A stretch of 64,000 nt of DNA from Patescibacteria group bacterium (GCA_041651535.1 JBAZIZ010000004.1:24341-88340); one strand, 5' to 3'; positions 1-10,628 are shown, counted from the stretch's first letter. Notes: generated by a model not told the origin, from the letters alone. Translations and numbers: made by a program.

Positions 1-1266
1 CTTATCGTATTCGTGCATCTTGATTTGAGAAGATATTTGTTTTGATGTTTCTATAGCAACTGAAACCACGATTAACAAACTAGTACCACCAATAACTAAA
101 GATTGTGATCCTGAGAAAGCTTGAAAAACAAAAGGTAAAATCGCTATTACAGCTAGAAAACTAGCTCCAGAAAAAAGTAATTTTGACATTGTTTTTTCCA
201 AATATTCTTCTGTCTGAGAACCAGGTCTGATACCAGGAATAAAGGCTCCTTGTCTTTGAAGATTTTCCGCCATTTTTTTTGGATGAAAAATAACTGCTGT
301 ATAAAAATAAGTAAAACCAAATACCAAGACAAAATATACTATTCCGTAAATTAATTGGTTGTTAAAAACTTTTATAGTAAAATTTGCTAATCTACCAATA
401 ATTCCACTATAATTTACAAAAAATTGAGAAATCATTGAAGGAAACAAAACAACAGAAATTGCAAAGATAATCGGTATAACCCCAGCCATATTTACTCGTA
501 AAGGTAAATGGGAACTATTTCCACCAAATGTTCTACCACCACGAGTTTGTCTAGCATAAGTTACTGGAATATTTCTTTGTCCTTCGCTTATAATAACCAC
601 ACCCACTATTGTTAATACAGCCAAACCAGCAAAAAGTAAGTACATGTATAATTGGGATGGATTATAGTTAATAATGAATTTTTGTAGAGTACCTGGAAAA
701 GAAGAAACTATTCCAGCAAAGATTAATAAAGAAACTCCATTGCCGATTTTATTTTCAGTTATAAGTTCTCCTATCCACATCAAAAACATTGTACCTGCAC
801 TGATAGTTAACATTATTGCTATATAAGTAAAAGTATTTAGATCAGCAAAAATATTTTGTTGTGATTGATTCAATAATTTAATCATAGCAAAAGCTTGTAA
901 CAAAGCTAAAGGAACAGTAGCTATTCTAGTGTAAGTATTAATTTTCTTTTGTCCTGATTCACCTTCTTTTGTTAATTCTTCAAGACTAGGAACTACCATT
1001 GCTAATAATTGGAAAATAATTGAAGCTGTAATATAAGGAGCTACACCAAGCATAACTATAGAAAAATTTTCCATAGTACCACCTGAAAACATATTTAATA
1101 AACCTAAAACTTGATTTCCTTCTAAAAAAGCTTTAAGATTTTCTGTATTTATTCCAGGAATTGGGATATGAGCTGCTAATCTAAATATAACAAGCATTGA
1201 GATAACAAAAATAATTTTCTTTCTCAAATCTTTTATCTTCCAAATTTTTCTTAAATTTTCGATCAT
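1..1266 (-). CDS. secY: Preprotein translocase SecY (partial; C-terminus truncated at window edge)
   Basis: No ORF in the supplied track. Reverse-strand translation from the ATG at 1264-1266 gives MIENLRKIWKIKDLRKKIIFVISMLVIFRLAAHIPIPGI, a typical SecY N-terminus. It lies directly downstream of rplO as in spc operons. Confidence 0.8.
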   Translation of the reverse strand, partial: MIENLRKIWKIKDLRKKIIFVISMLVIFRLAAHIPIPGINTENLKAFLEGNQVLGLLNMFSGGTMENFSIVMLGVAPYITASIIFQLLAMVVPSLEELTKEGESGQKKINTYTRIATVPLALLQAFAMIKLLNQSQQNIFADLNTFTYIAIMLTISAGTMFLMWIGELITENKIGNGVSLLIFAGIVSSFPGTLQKFIINYNPSQLYMYLLFAGLAVLTIVGVVIISEGQRNIPVTYARQTRGGRTFGGNSSHLPLRVNMAGVIPIIFAISVVLFPSMISQFFVNYSGIIGRLANFTIKVFNNQLIYGIVYFVLVFGFTYFYTAVIFHPKKMAENLQRQGAFIPGIRPGSQTEEYLEKTMSKLLFSGASFLAVIAILPFVFQAFSGSQSLVIGGTSLLIVVSVAIETSKQISSQIKMHEYDK

Positions 1267-1309
1267 AAAATTATTTCTACTTTAATTAATTTAACAACAA
1301 ACTGGCATT

Positions 1310-1753
1310 TTAGAATACCAGTTTACCGCCTGCCTTTTCTATAGCTTCGGCAGCTTTTTTTGTCGCAAGACAATTTTTTACAATAAGTTTTTTCTTTAAT
1401 TCTCCAGAGCCAACAATTTTAACTCCGTTTTTAATATTTTTAATTAAACCTTTTTCTTTTAAGAAAAAAATATTAATTTCTTTTCCGTCTACAGCATTTT
1501 TTTCCAACACTGTTAAAGTTATCACTTCAGGTTTATTTTTTATACTATTAAAACCTCTAACTTTAGGAATTTGTTGTATTTGTCTTTTAAGAGTATGTTT
1601 TGTAAGTCCACCTTTACCACCAGAACGAGCTTTTTGGCCTTTTAATCCTCTAGCAGAATAGCTCCCTTTTCCACTACCATTTCCTCTACCTAATCTCTTT
1701 ACATTTTTTTTAACTCTTTTACCAGATGAAATTTTTGATGCGTCTAAAATCAT
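1310..1753 (-). CDS. rplO: 50S ribosomal protein L15
   Basis: 147 aa, Gly/Lys/Arg-rich N-terminus (GRGNGSGKGSYSARG), in the conserved position between S5 and SecY. Confidence 0.9.
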   Translation of the reverse strand: MILDASKISSGKRVKKNVKRLGRGNGSGKGSYSARGLKGQKARSGGKGGLTKHTLKRQIQQIPKVRGFNSIKNKPEVITLTVLEKNAVDGKEINIFFLKEKGLIKNIKNGVKIVGSGELKKKLIVKNCLATKKAAEAIEKAGGKLVF

Positions 1754-1763
1754 ATAAATCTAA

Positions 1764-2405
1764 TTATTTTTTTGAATCTTTTTTCTTAGTTGATATTTTT
1801 GTAATTTCTTTTTTTACTTCAACATTTTCTTTAACATTTTTTTTGATTTTAGTTTCTTTTTTTATTTCTATTTTTTCTTCAACTTTTGAGTCAACTTTTG
1901 CTTTTCTACTGTTCATTATTCTAACAGCTTCTGGTTTAAAACTTTGTAAAGCTTCAAAAGCAGCTTTAACATTAACTATTTTGTTATTTGTCTTTCCTAA
2001 TAATTTAGCAGAAGCATTTGGTACTCCAGCTAATTCTAAAACCATTCTAACAGAACTTCCAGCAATAATACCACTTCCTTTAGGAGCTGGTTTGATCATT
2101 ACTTTTCCAGATTTAAATTTAGCTTCAACTCTATGAGGAATTGTTACATCATTAAAAGGTATATTAATAATATTCTTTTTTGCTTGTAACAATGCTTTTT
2201 CTACTGCGATTTGTACATCTTTTCCTTTTTGTATTCCATAACCTACACGTCCTTTTCTATCTCCGATCAAAATACAAGCTCGGAAACTTAGATGTTTTCC
2301 GCCTTTTGTAACACGAGTTACTCTAGCTAAATCTACTATAGCCTGATCAAATTCAGGTTTTTCTTTTTTTTCATTAGATTGTTTTTTTCTTTTAAAATTT
2401 GGCAT
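1764..2405 (-). CDS. rpsE: 30S ribosomal protein S5, with ~45-aa K/E-rich C-terminal extension
   Basis: S5 core (VTRVTKGGKHLSFRACILIGDRKGRVGYG) then the low-complexity tail KVEEKIEIKKETKIKKNVKENVEVKKE... Confidence 0.9.
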   Translation of the reverse strand: MPNFKRKKQSNEKKEKPEFDQAIVDLARVTRVTKGGKHLSFRACILIGDRKGRVGYGIQKGKDVQIAVEKALLQAKKNIINIPFNDVTIPHRVEAKFKSGKVMIKPAPKGSGIIAGSSVRMVLELAGVPNASAKLLGKTNNKIVNVKAAFEALQSFKPEAVRIMNSRKAKVDSKVEEKIEIKKETKIKKNVKENVEVKKEITKISTKKKDSKK

Positions 2406-2432
2406 ACTTTTTCAAAATTGTATATTTAAAAA

Positions 2433-2804
2433 TTAAAATTTTAAACCGCCATCACGAGCTCCTTCGGCTACAGCAGCTACTCTACCGTGATATAAATTTC
2501 CACCTCTATCAAAAACAACTTCAGTAATTTTAAGTTCTTTTGCTTTTTCTGCCAAAGCTCTACCTAATAAATAACTTTGAGCAATTTTGCCTTTTCTTTC
2601 TCCAACATCACCTTTTTTTATATCAGTATTTTTATCATTGACACAAGCTAAAGTTTTTCCTTCATTATCATCAATAAGTTGTATATTCAATTTTGTTAAA
2701 CTTCTAAAAACGCTAAGTCTAGGTCTTTGTTTTGTACCTTTTACGATAGCTCTAATTCTAGCATGTCTTCTGATTTTTTTTATTGTTTTTGTATTATTTT
2801 TCAT
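2433..2804 (-). CDS. rplR: 50S ribosomal protein L18
   Basis: 123 aa, conserved L18 sequence and spc-operon position. Confidence 0.9.
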   Translation of the reverse strand: MKNNTKTIKKIRRHARIRAIVKGTKQRPRLSVFRSLTKLNIQLIDDNEGKTLACVNDKNTDIKKGDVGERKGKIAQSYLLGRALAEKAKELKITEVVFDRGGNLYHGRVAAVAEGARDGGLKF

Positions 2805-2814
2805 ATTTTAAAAA

Positions 2815-3360
2815 TTATTCACCTTTAGATGCTGTTTTTCCGGCTTTTTTTCTAATTATTTCATCAAGATATTTTATTCCTTTTCCTTTGTATGGTTCTG
2901 GTTTTCTCAATGCTCTGATTTCAGCAGCTGTAATTCCTAACAATTCTTTGTCAGCTGAAAAAAGAGTAATTTGATTTTTTTCTACTTTTACTTCAACAAC
3001 TTCAGGTATTTTAAAAATTACTGGATGAGAAAAACCTAATTCTAATTTTAAATCTTTACCTTGCATCGCAACTTTATAACCAACTCCATTTATTTCTAAA
3101 ACTTTTGTAAAACCTTTTGTAACACCATCTATCATATTTTGTATATGACTAGCATATGTTCCCCAAAGAGATCTTTCTTTTTTATCTTCTTCATTTTTTA
3201 CAGAAACTGATAAAAAATTATCATTTTTATTTATAGTAATTAGATCATTTATTTTTCTTTCCAATTTACCTTTAGAACCTTGGACGAAAATTGTTTTGTC
3301 TTTTATTTCAACATTTACGCCTTGTGGTATTTCTATTGTCTTTTTTCCTATTCTGGACAT
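2815..3360 (-). CDS. rplF: 50S ribosomal protein L6
   Basis: 181 aa, MSRIGKKTIEIPQGV N-terminus typical of L6. Confidence 0.9.
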   Translation of the reverse strand: MSRIGKKTIEIPQGVNVEIKDKTIFVQGSKGKLERKINDLITINKNDNFLSVSVKNEEDKKERSLWGTYASHIQNMIDGVTKGFTKVLEINGVGYKVAMQGKDLKLELGFSHPVIFKIPEVVEVKVEKNQITLFSADKELLGITAAEIRALRKPEPYKGKGIKYLDEIIRKKAGKTASKGE

Positions 3361-3376
3361 AATAAAAAAATTAAAA

Positions 3377-3769
3377 TTAATAACAAGAGCAGATTATTTC
3401 GCCGCCAAGACCTTGTTTTTTTGCTTCTTTAGCTGACATAATTCCTTTCGAAGTTGAAACAACAGCTAATCCATAACCATTCAAAATATTAGGCATTTCT
3501 GTAGATTTTTTATAAACTCTGTGTCCAGGTTTACTCTCTCTAACCAAAGAAGTTATTGCCGGTTGTTTATTTTCCGCATATTTTAATTCAATACGAATCA
3601 TAGCAGGATTCTCTTCCGTTTTTTCTACTTTGTTTAAATAAGATTCTTTTAAAAGAATATTTGCTAGAGCAAATTTAAGCTTTGAAAAAGGTATTTCAAC
3701 ATTTTGCTTTTTTGACATCTGAGCATTTCTTATTCTTGTAAGCATGTCTGCTATTGGGTCAGTCATCAT
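3377..3769 (-). CDS. rpsH: 30S ribosomal protein S8
   Basis: 130 aa, DPIADMLTRIRNA motif. Confidence 0.9.
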   Translation of the reverse strand: MMTDPIADMLTRIRNAQMSKKQNVEIPFSKLKFALANILLKESYLNKVEKTEENPAMIRIELKYAENKQPAITSLVRESKPGHRVYKKSTEMPNILNGYGLAVVSTSKGIMSAKEAKKQGLGGEIICSCY

Positions 3770-3826
3770 AATGATATTTTATTAAAATTTTAAATTATTT
3801 TTTATTATTAATATATTAAAATCAGT

Positions 3827-4012
3827 CTACCAACTAGATTTTTTAACACCTGGAATCATTCCTTTATTAGCCATTTCTCTAAAACAGATACGGCAAATTC
3901 CAAATTTTCTCATATATCCTCTTTTTCTTCCGCATTTCCAACAACGATTAACTTTTCTAGTGCTAAATTTTGGTGTTCTATTTGATTTTGCTTTTTGTCC
4001 TTGTGTAGCCAT
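3827..4012 (-). CDS. rpsZ: 30S ribosomal protein S14 type Z (zinc-binding)
   Basis: 61 aa with CWKCGRK...CRIC zinc ribbon, between S8 and L5. Confidence 0.9.
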   Translation of the reverse strand: MATQGQKAKSNRTPKFSTRKVNRCWKCGRKRGYMRKFGICRICFREMANKGMIPGVKKSSW

Positions 4013-4019
4013 ATTTAAA

Positions 4020-4583
4020 TTACTTATCTTTTTTAAATGGTAAACCTATTTTTTCCAATAAAGCGCGTCCTGTTTTATTATCATTTGCGCTAGTACTGAT
4101 AACTACTTCTAAACCATGAATTTGATCAGCAGCATCACCACTAATTTCTGGAAAAGCTAATTGTTCTTTAAATCCAATTGTATAATTTCCTCTACCATCA
4201 AAACTTTTTGGATTCAATCCTCGAAAATCTTTTACACGAGGTAATGTAAAATTTATTAATTTATATAAAAAATCATACATTTTATCTCCTCTCAAAGTCA
4301 CTGATGAACCTACTGGAGCTCCTTCTCTAATTTTAAAGTTAGAGATTGATTTTTTTGCCAAATTTCTTATTGGTTTTTGGCTAGTAATTATTTTTATTGT
4401 TTCTTCTATTCTTTCAATATAAGCTTTTTCTTTATTATGTCTACCATAACCAACATTAATAATCACCTTTTCTATTTTTGGAACTTGCATTATATTTGCT
4501 AAACCCAGCTCATCTTTTAAGAGAGGTACTATTTCTTTATATTTTTTATATAAATTTGATTTCATAATTTTTTTATTAATCAA
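4020..4583 (-). CDS. rplE: 50S ribosomal protein L5
   Basis: 187 aa, conserved L5 core, spc order. Confidence 0.9.
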   Translation of the reverse strand: MINKKIMKSNLYKKYKEIVPLLKDELGLANIMQVPKIEKVIINVGYGRHNKEKAYIERIEETIKIITSQKPIRNLAKKSISNFKIREGAPVGSSVTLRGDKMYDFLYKLINFTLPRVKDFRGLNPKSFDGRGNYTIGFKEQLAFPEISGDAADQIHGLEVVISTSANDNKTGRALLEKIGLPFKKDK

Positions 4584-4896
4584 TTAATTCTTTTGTCTTT
4601 TTTGAAATTCTTTTTTTATCTTGTCCTTCTTTAGTATAACCGACTCTTGTTGTTTTTTTTGTTTTAGCTTCAATCAAAAGCACATTACTTATATCCATAG
4701 TAGCTGGTAATTCTATTACTTGACCCTTTTCTCCTCTTTTTCCGGAACGCATATGTTTTTTTAAAATATTTACTCCTTCTACTACAACTAAATTTTGTTG
4801 TTTTTTTTCATTAAACAAAACTTGGATAACTTTACCAGTTTTTCCTTTATCTTTTCCTGATAATATTTTTACATTGTCGCCTGTTTTTATTTTCAT
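4576..4896 (-). CDS. rplX: 50S ribosomal protein L24
   Basis: 106 aa, KOW-like N-terminus (KIKTGDNVKILSGKDKGKTGKV); 8-nt overlap with rplE. Confidence 0.9.
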   Translation of the reverse strand: MKIKTGDNVKILSGKDKGKTGKVIQVLFNEKKQQNLVVVEGVNILKKHMRSGKRGEKGQVIELPATMDISNVLLIEAKTKKTTRVGYTKEGQDKKRISKKTKELID

Positions 4897-4915
4897 ATTT
4901 TTTATTTTTTATAAA

Positions 4916-5287
4916 TTATACTACTTCCGGAGCCAATGAAACAATTTTCTGATATCCTTTTGTTCTAATTTCTCTAGCTATCGGTCCAAAAATACGAGTA
5001 CCTTTAGGCTCTTTATTTTTTTTGTCAATTATAACAGCAGCATTTTCATCAAAACGAATGTAAGTGCCGTCTTTTCTTCTTAATTCTTTTCTTTGTCTAA
5101 CTATAACCACATGAACCACTTCACCTTTTTTAACTGCGGCTCTTGGTATGGCCTCTTTTACACTACAAGTAACAATATCACCAATTATGGCAAAACGTTT
5201 TTTATAACCACCAAGAACTCTTATACACATAAGTTTTTTGGCTCCGCTATTGTCTGCTACTTTTAGTATGCTTCTGTGTTGAATCAT
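4916..5287 (-). CDS. rplN: 50S ribosomal protein L14
   Basis: 123 aa, [18 protein letters not shown]-terminus. Confidence 0.92.
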   Translation of the reverse strand: MIQHRSILKVADNSGAKKLMCIRVLGGYKKRFAIIGDIVTCSVKEAIPRAAVKKGEVVHVVIVRQRKELRRKDGTYIRFDENAAVIIDKKNKEPKGTRIFGPIAREIRTKGYQKIVSLAPEVV

Positions 5288-5296
5288 ATAAATATT

Positions 5297-5557
5297 TTAT
5301 TTTGTATTTAAAACTTTGCTTAGTTTCCATTTCTTTGTTTTACTAATTGGACGACATTCTTCAAATAAAACTAGATCGCCTTCTTTTGCTAAAGATTGTT
5401 CATCATGAACTGCAAATTTTTTTGATACTAAATATTGTTTTTTATATTTAGGATGCATTTTTTTTGTCTTAACCAAAACAGTGATAGTTTTTTCAGTTTT
5501 AGCACTGACTACCTGACCATCAAATTTTCTTTTATTTTTATTTTCTGTCTTTTCCAT
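5297..5557 (-). CDS. rpsQ: 30S ribosomal protein S17
   Basis: 86 aa, G(Q/K)VVS..MDKTI-like core, position after L29. Confidence 0.88.
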   Translation of the reverse strand: MEKTENKNKRKFDGQVVSAKTEKTITVLVKTKKMHPKYKKQYLVSKKFAVHDEQSLAKEGDLVLFEECRPISKTKKWKLSKVLNTK

Positions 5558-5565
5558 AAAATTAA

Positions 5566-5751
5566 TTATTTTTTAGAATTTATAAAAGTTAAAATTCTGG
5601 CGATATCTTTTTTTATTTTATCTATTTTTTTAACATTTTTTAATTGGTTTTCACTAGCTTCAAAACGCAAAGATCTGAGTTCTTCTCTATTTTCAGCCAA
5701 AGATTCGTGTAATTCTTTTAAACCTTTATTTTTTAATTCTTTATAATCCAT
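5566..5751 (-). CDS. rpmC: 50S ribosomal protein L29
   Basis: 61 aa helical protein, ELRSLRFE motif region, between L16 and S17. Confidence 0.85.
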   Translation of the reverse strand: MDYKELKNKGLKELHESLAENREELRSLRFEASENQLKNVKKIDKIKKDIARILTFINSKK

Positions 5752-5760
5752 ATGTTTGTC

Positions 5761-6174
5761 TTAATTTTTTTTAACTACCACAGCCTTTATTGGTAATTTA
5801 TGTTTTGCACTTTCTAAAGCTTCTTTAGCTTGGTCTTCTGGTATACCTGACATTTCAAACATAACAGTTCCAGGTTTAACTGTACAAACATAATGATCCG
5901 GAGAACCTTTACCTTTACCCATAGGTACTTCGCTACCTTTTTTTGTAACAGGTCTATCTGGAAAAATTCTAATCCAAATTTTTCCTGAACGTTTTATGTA
6001 GCGAGTCAAAACTCTACGAGCTGCTTCTATTTGTCTTGAAGTTACCCAAGAATGAGAAATAGCTTTCAAACCAAAAGCACCAAAAGCAACAGTATTAGTG
6101 CGTGAAGCACAACCTTTATTCATTCTTCTTGGTTTATGCCATTTTCTATGTTTTACTTTTTTTGGTATCAACAT
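5761..6174 (-). CDS. rplP: 50S ribosomal protein L16
   Basis: 137 aa, [17 protein letters not shown]-terminus. Confidence 0.92.
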   Translation of the reverse strand: MLIPKKVKHRKWHKPRRMNKGCASRTNTVAFGAFGLKAISHSWVTSRQIEAARRVLTRYIKRSGKIWIRIFPDRPVTKKGSEVPMGKGKGSPDHYVCTVKPGTVMFEMSGIPEDQAKEALESAKHKLPIKAVVVKKN

Positions 6175-6175
6175 A

Positions 6176-6895
6176 TTATTTATTTATATTTCTTCTATTA
6201 GTTTTTTTAAAACCTCTATCATTTTTTAGAGCTTCTTTTTTTTCAGCTAATTTATCAATTATTGAAAAAGATTCTCCTTTATAAATCCAAACTTTAACTC
6301 CAATTTTTCCATAAAGTGTGTCGGCTTCACGATTACTATAATCAACATTTGATCTTAAAGTAATTAAAGGTATTTTTCCAGAAGAAAGAGTTTCTCTACG
6401 AGCAATTTCAACTCCGTTTAATCTACCAGAAAGAGATATTTTTATACCTTCAACTCCTGATTTCATAACTCGTTCAATTGAATTTTTCATAACTCTTCTA
6501 AAAGGCATACGATTTTCGATATCTTTAGCAACCAATTGAGCTATAACTTCAGCTGAATGAGAAGGATTTTTTACTTCTTGAATATTTAATTTTACTTTTA
6601 CTGACATTTTTAAAAATTGTCTTTCAATATTTTTTCTTAAATCATCTAAACCTTGTCCACCTCTACCTATAATTATTCCAGGTTTTGCAGCAAAAATAGT
6701 TATGGTCATATTTTTTGGACCACGTTCAATGAATACTTCGTCTATCAATGCTTCTTTAAATATTTTTTTCAAATATTCACGAATATTAATATCTTCTTCC
6801 AAATAAGTTTTGTAGTTATTTTTTCCTACCCAACGTGAACTCCATGGAAACAAAACACCTATTCTGTGAATTTTTGGATGTACTTTATGACCCAT
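6176..6895 (-). CDS. rpsC: 30S ribosomal protein S3
   Basis: 239 aa, MGHKVHPKIHRIG N-terminus, KH domain core. Confidence 0.92.
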   Translation of the reverse strand: MGHKVHPKIHRIGVLFPWSSRWVGKNNYKTYLEEDINIREYLKKIFKEALIDEVFIERGPKNMTITIFAAKPGIIIGRGGQGLDDLRKNIERQFLKMSVKVKLNIQEVKNPSHSAEVIAQLVAKDIENRMPFRRVMKNSIERVMKSGVEGIKISLSGRLNGVEIARRETLSSGKIPLITLRSNVDYSNREADTLYGKIGVKVWIYKGESFSIIDKLAEKKEALKNDRGFKKTNRRNINK

Positions 6896-6898
6896 AAA

Positions 6899-7393
6899 CT
6901 ATTTATTATTTTCTTTTAAAATTTTTGTTTTTTTTGTTTTTGTGTCTTTTTTTTCAGTTTTTCTTTCTTTAACTATTGTCTTTGTTTTCTTTACAACTGT
7001 TTCTTTTTTAGCCTTTACTTTTTTTTCTTCATTTTTTGTTTCTTCTTTTTGTTCTTGATCGCCAACCAAAACTAAAATAATATGAGAATTTCTTTTTCTA
7101 AGTGGTGTAGCTCTTCCCATAGCCCTAGGCATCCATCTATACAAAGTTTTACCTTCATCAACTCTAATTGAATCAATTTTTAATGTTTCAATTTTTAAAT
7201 TATGATTATGTTTTGCATTAGCTATAGCCGATTTTAATAATTTTTTAACAGGCAAAGCAGCATTTTTAGATGAAAATTGTAACTGAGTTAATGCTTCTTC
7301 AACCGAAAGACCACGAATTAAATCAACAATCAATCTCACTTTTTGTGGACTCATTCTTAAATTGTTTAATTTTGCTGTTGTTTTTACTTGCAT
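6899..7393 (-). CDS. rplV: 50S ribosomal protein L22 with K/E-rich C-terminal extension
   Basis: L22 core followed by the EQKEETKNEEKKVKAKKETVVKK... tail. Confidence 0.88.
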   Translation of the reverse strand: MQVKTTAKLNNLRMSPQKVRLIVDLIRGLSVEEALTQLQFSSKNAALPVKKLLKSAIANAKHNHNLKIETLKIDSIRVDEGKTLYRWMPRAMGRATPLRKRNSHIILVLVGDQEQKEETKNEEKKVKAKKETVVKKTKTIVKERKTEKKDTKTKKTKILKENNK

Positions 7394-7404
7394 ATTTTTA
7401 TTTT

Positions 7405-7686
7405 TTATTTCTTTTCTTCTTTAGCCATTTTACCACCATGATTTATAAATTTTTTAGTAAAAGAAAATTCACCTAATTTATGACCAACCATATTTTCTTC
7501 AACAAATACATCAAGAAAATTCTTTCCATTGTGGACTAAAAAAGTAAAACCAACCATTTCAGGAGTAATAGTGCAAGCTCTCGCCCAAGTTTTAATTGGT
7601 TTTTTATCTTTTGTTTCAATTGCTTTTTTGACTTTATCAACCAATTTTTGATCGATATAAGGACCTTTTTTTAAACTTCTTGACAT
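7405..7686 (-). CDS. rpsS: 30S ribosomal protein S19
   Basis: 93 aa, [13 protein letters not shown]-terminus. Confidence 0.92.
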   Translation of the reverse strand: MSRSLKKGPYIDQKLVDKVKKAIETKDKKPIKTWARACTITPEMVGFTFLVHNGKNFLDVFVEENMVGHKLGEFSFTKKFINHGGKMAKEEKK

Positions 7687-7694
7687 ATTTTTTA

Positions 7695-8537
7695 TTATTT
7701 TCTCTTATTTTTTCTTCTTTGTAAAATAAATTTATCACTAGTTCTTGGTTTTCTTGTTTTAACCCCCAAGGCTGGTTTACCCCATTTTGTTTTTGGAGCT
7801 TTTAAACCGATAGGAGAATGTCCTTCACCACCTCCATGTGGATGGTCTACCGGGTTCATATTTTTTCCTTTAACTGTTGGTCTAATACCTCTGTGTCTGC
7901 TGCGACCAGCTTTTCCCCATCTAATTAATTTCCAATCAGAATTACTTACTTGACCAATACTAGCTAAACATTCTTTTTTAACTATTCTTATTTCTGAAGA
8001 AGGCATTTTTAATTGAGCATATTTTCCTTCAATAACCATTAATTGTGCTCCTATTCCTGCTCCTCTTGCTATTTGTCCACCTTTTCCAGGTTCTAATTCA
8101 ACGTTATAAACAAACATACCAGCTGGAATATATTCCAAAGGCATTCTATAAGCTGTTTTAGGTTCAATTTTATTTTTTGAAGATATTACTAAATCACCAA
8201 CTTTTAATCCATCAGGGGCAATTACATAAGATTTTTCTTTATTGCTAACATATTCAATTAAAGCAATTCTTGAACTACGATTTGGATCATACTCAATTGC
8301 GATTACTTTTGCTTCCAAGTCATATTTGTTTTGTCTAAAATCTACTAGTCTATATAATTTTTTTACTCCAGCACCTTTATGACGAACGGTTATTCTACCT
8401 TGGTTATTTCTTCCAGCATGTGTTTTTAAGAAAACTGTTAATGATTTTTCTGGTTTTGTTTTTGTGATATCAGAAAAATCCTGAACACTTGATTTTCTTC
8501 TTCCTGCTGTTGTTGGTTTGTATAATTTTACTGCCAT
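7695..8537 (-). CDS. rplB: 50S ribosomal protein L2
   Basis: 280 aa, conserved [16 protein letters not shown] and HPHGGGEG motifs. Confidence 0.95.
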   Translation of the reverse strand: MAVKLYKPTTAGRRKSSVQDFSDITKTKPEKSLTVFLKTHAGRNNQGRITVRHKGAGVKKLYRLVDFRQNKYDLEAKVIAIEYDPNRSSRIALIEYVSNKEKSYVIAPDGLKVGDLVISSKNKIEPKTAYRMPLEYIPAGMFVYNVELEPGKGGQIARGAGIGAQLMVIEGKYAQLKMPSSEIRIVKKECLASIGQVSNSDWKLIRWGKAGRSRHRGIRPTVKGKNMNPVDHPHGGGEGHSPIGLKAPKTKWGKPALGVKTRKPRTSDKFILQRRKNKRK

Positions 8538-8560
8538 ATTATTTTTTTATTTCCTGTTTA

Positions 8561-8953
8561 TTATACTCCTTCATGGATATGAATAGATTTGCCTTTTGGC
8601 AAAGAAACGATAGCTTTTTTATAATCACTTTTTTTACCAGAAGTTACTCCAAATCTTTTCTTTTTACCTTCAACATTTATCATTGAAACTGATTTTGCTT
8701 GAATACCAAAAAGATTTTTAATTGCTTTTTTTACATCTTCTTTGGTAGCTTTTCTGTTTACAACAAAAACATATTTATTTTGCATTTCTAATCTAGTGGC
8801 TTTTTCACTAATAACTGTTTTTTGCAAAACTCTATAAGCCAAACCTGTTTTATTATTTTTTTTAACTTCTTTCTTTTCTTCATTTTTTACAGGTTTTTCA
8901 GCCTTTTTTATTTCTTTAGTTTTTGTTTTTGATAATTTATTTATAATACCCAT
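8561..8953 (-). CDS. rplW: 50S ribosomal protein L23 with K-rich N-terminal extension
   Basis: 130 aa; L23 core (YVFVVNRKATKEDVKKAIKNLFG) preceded by ~35 aa of Lys-rich sequence. Confidence 0.85.
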   Translation of the reverse strand: MGIINKLSKTKTKEIKKAEKPVKNEEKKEVKKNNKTGLAYRVLQKTVISEKATRLEMQNKYVFVVNRKATKEDVKKAIKNLFGIQAKSVSMINVEGKKKRFGVTSGKKSDYKKAIVSLPKGKSIHIHEGV

Positions 8954-8959
8954 ATAATT

Positions 8960-9592
8960 TTATTTTTTCGCTAAACGATTCTCTAAAATTTTAAATGAAT
9001 CTAAAGACATGATTAAATTTTTATTTGATAGAAGATTCAAAACATTCAAATCTTGAGCTCTGATAATATTTAAATCCTTTAAATTTCTTACAGCCAAAAC
9101 TGTTTTTGCATCATTTTCATTTGCTACAAACAAACTTTTTTTCAAAGAAATGTTAATTTTTTTAAATACATCTTCCATTTCTTTTGTTTTTGGTTCAGCA
9201 CCAAATTGTTCAAAAATAAATAATTTATCAGCTTTAATTTTATTATCAAGACACATTGCAAAAGCTTTTCTATTCATTTTTTTATTTATTTTTTGTTTGT
9301 AATTTCTTAAATTTGTTGGACCAAAAGTAATACCTCCACCAACCCAAATTGGTGATCTGTTTGAACCATGACGGGCTCTTCCAGTTCCTTTTTGTTTCCA
9401 AGGTTTTTTTCCACCTCCACTAACTTCTCCTCTGTCTTTTGTATAAGCCCAAGGTTGTCTAGCATTAGCACGCAAAGCTTCAAAAACTTGATGGATAAGA
9501 CTTTTTTTAATTTCAACATCAAAAACTTCTTTGTTTAAATCCAAATCTTTTACTTTGTCGCCTTTTAAATTATAAACTGCTATTTTTGTCAT
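8960..9592 (-). CDS. rplD: 50S ribosomal protein L4
   Basis: 210 aa, QKGTGRARHGS motif. Confidence 0.9.
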   Translation of the reverse strand: MTKIAVYNLKGDKVKDLDLNKEVFDVEIKKSLIHQVFEALRANARQPWAYTKDRGEVSGGGKKPWKQKGTGRARHGSNRSPIWVGGGITFGPTNLRNYKQKINKKMNRKAFAMCLDNKIKADKLFIFEQFGAEPKTKEMEDVFKKINISLKKSLFVANENDAKTVLAVRNLKDLNIIRAQDLNVLNLLSNKNLIMSLDSFKILENRLAKK

Positions 9593-9638
9593 ATTTTTTA
9601 TTTTAGCTTGAATTTTTCTCTTTTTAATTTATGATGTT

Positions 9639-10358
9639 TTATTTTGTTTCATTAACATTTTCTTCAACAGAATTTTCTACATTATTTACAGTTTCTGTTT
9701 TTTTATTATCTTTTCTTGGGTCTATTTTACCTTCATCTGTAAAAATATAAAGCAAAGAATTTCTTGCTCCTGGGACAGCTCCTTTTAAATAAATTTCGTT
9801 ATTGTTTAAATCAATTTTAACTACTTCTAAATTTTTTACAGTTACTTGAGCATCACCCATATGTCCGCCCATTCTCATACCTTTAAAAACTCTTTGTGGA
9901 CCAGTTGCTCCGATAGAACCAGGCATTCTTAATTGATCTTTATGACCATGTGTTGCTAAAGAACCAGAAAATCCATGTCTTTTAACGACACCTTGAAAAC
10001 CTTTTCCTTTACTCATTCCAGTAACTTGAACTTTTTCTCCAACAGAAAAAATTTCAGCCCCAAATATATCACCTTTTTTAAGATCATTATTATTTTTAAA
10101 TTCACGTAAAAAACGGACAGAATTATTTTTGTCCTCACTTAAATGAATATCTTTTAAATGTCCTTTTTGAGCTTGGTTAAATCTAAAAATTTTTTGACTG
10201 CCAAAACCCAATTGGACAGAATCATTATTGTCTTTTTCTTTTGTTTTTACTTGAGAAATAATGCAAGGGCCAGCCACAATTTTTGTGACAGGAACAACGG
10301 CTCCGTCTTCACGAAAAACCTGTGTCATTTCAATTTTTTTTCCGATGATAAATTTCAT
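9639..10358 (-). CDS. rplC: 50S ribosomal protein L3
   Basis: 239 aa, GKGFQGVVKRHGF motif. Confidence 0.92.
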   Translation of the reverse strand: MKFIIGKKIEMTQVFREDGAVVPVTKIVAGPCIISQVKTKEKDNNDSVQLGFGSQKIFRFNQAQKGHLKDIHLSEDKNNSVRFLREFKNNNDLKKGDIFGAEIFSVGEKVQVTGMSKGKGFQGVVKRHGFSGSLATHGHKDQLRMPGSIGATGPQRVFKGMRMGGHMGDAQVTVKNLEVVKIDLNNNEIYLKGAVPGARNSLLYIFTDEGKIDPRKDNKKTETVNNVENSVEENVNETK

Positions 10359-10395
10359 ATTTTTATAAACAATTTGTGTATAAATCTTCTAAACA

Positions 10396-10446
10396 AAAAA
10401 CTAGAAGTGAATATACAAAAAAAATAATATTCTCACTTCTAGCCTT
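10396..10446 (-). terminator. Hairpin (10-bp perfect stem CTAGAAGTGA/TCACTTCTAG, 22-nt loop) followed by a T-run on the minus strand, between rpsJ and rplC
   Basis: Inverted repeat read directly; the minus-strand RNA has the hairpin followed by UUUUUUGUUU. The long loop makes a classical terminator uncertain; an attenuator or leader structure is possible. Confidence 0.35.
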
Positions 10447-10594
10447 TAGCATTAATGGGTATAGGCTTTTTATTAAAAATTTATGTAATGAATTTTCTCC
10501 GACAGTTTTTTTTCTAACAAATGTTTTTCTCTTATTTTAGACAAGAAAATCTTATTTGTCTTTAAAAAAAATGTTTGATTTTTAATGTGAGATT

Positions 10595-10628
10595 ATTTTA
10601 TCTCAATTTTAACTTTTTGTCAATAGTA
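10595..10628 (-). promoter_or_regulatory. Sigma-70-like promoter (TTGACA-N17-TAAAAT) inside the rpsJ-rplC spacer
   Basis: Reverse complement of 10595-10628 reads TTGACAaaaagttaaaattgagaTAAAAT. Confidence 0.35.
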
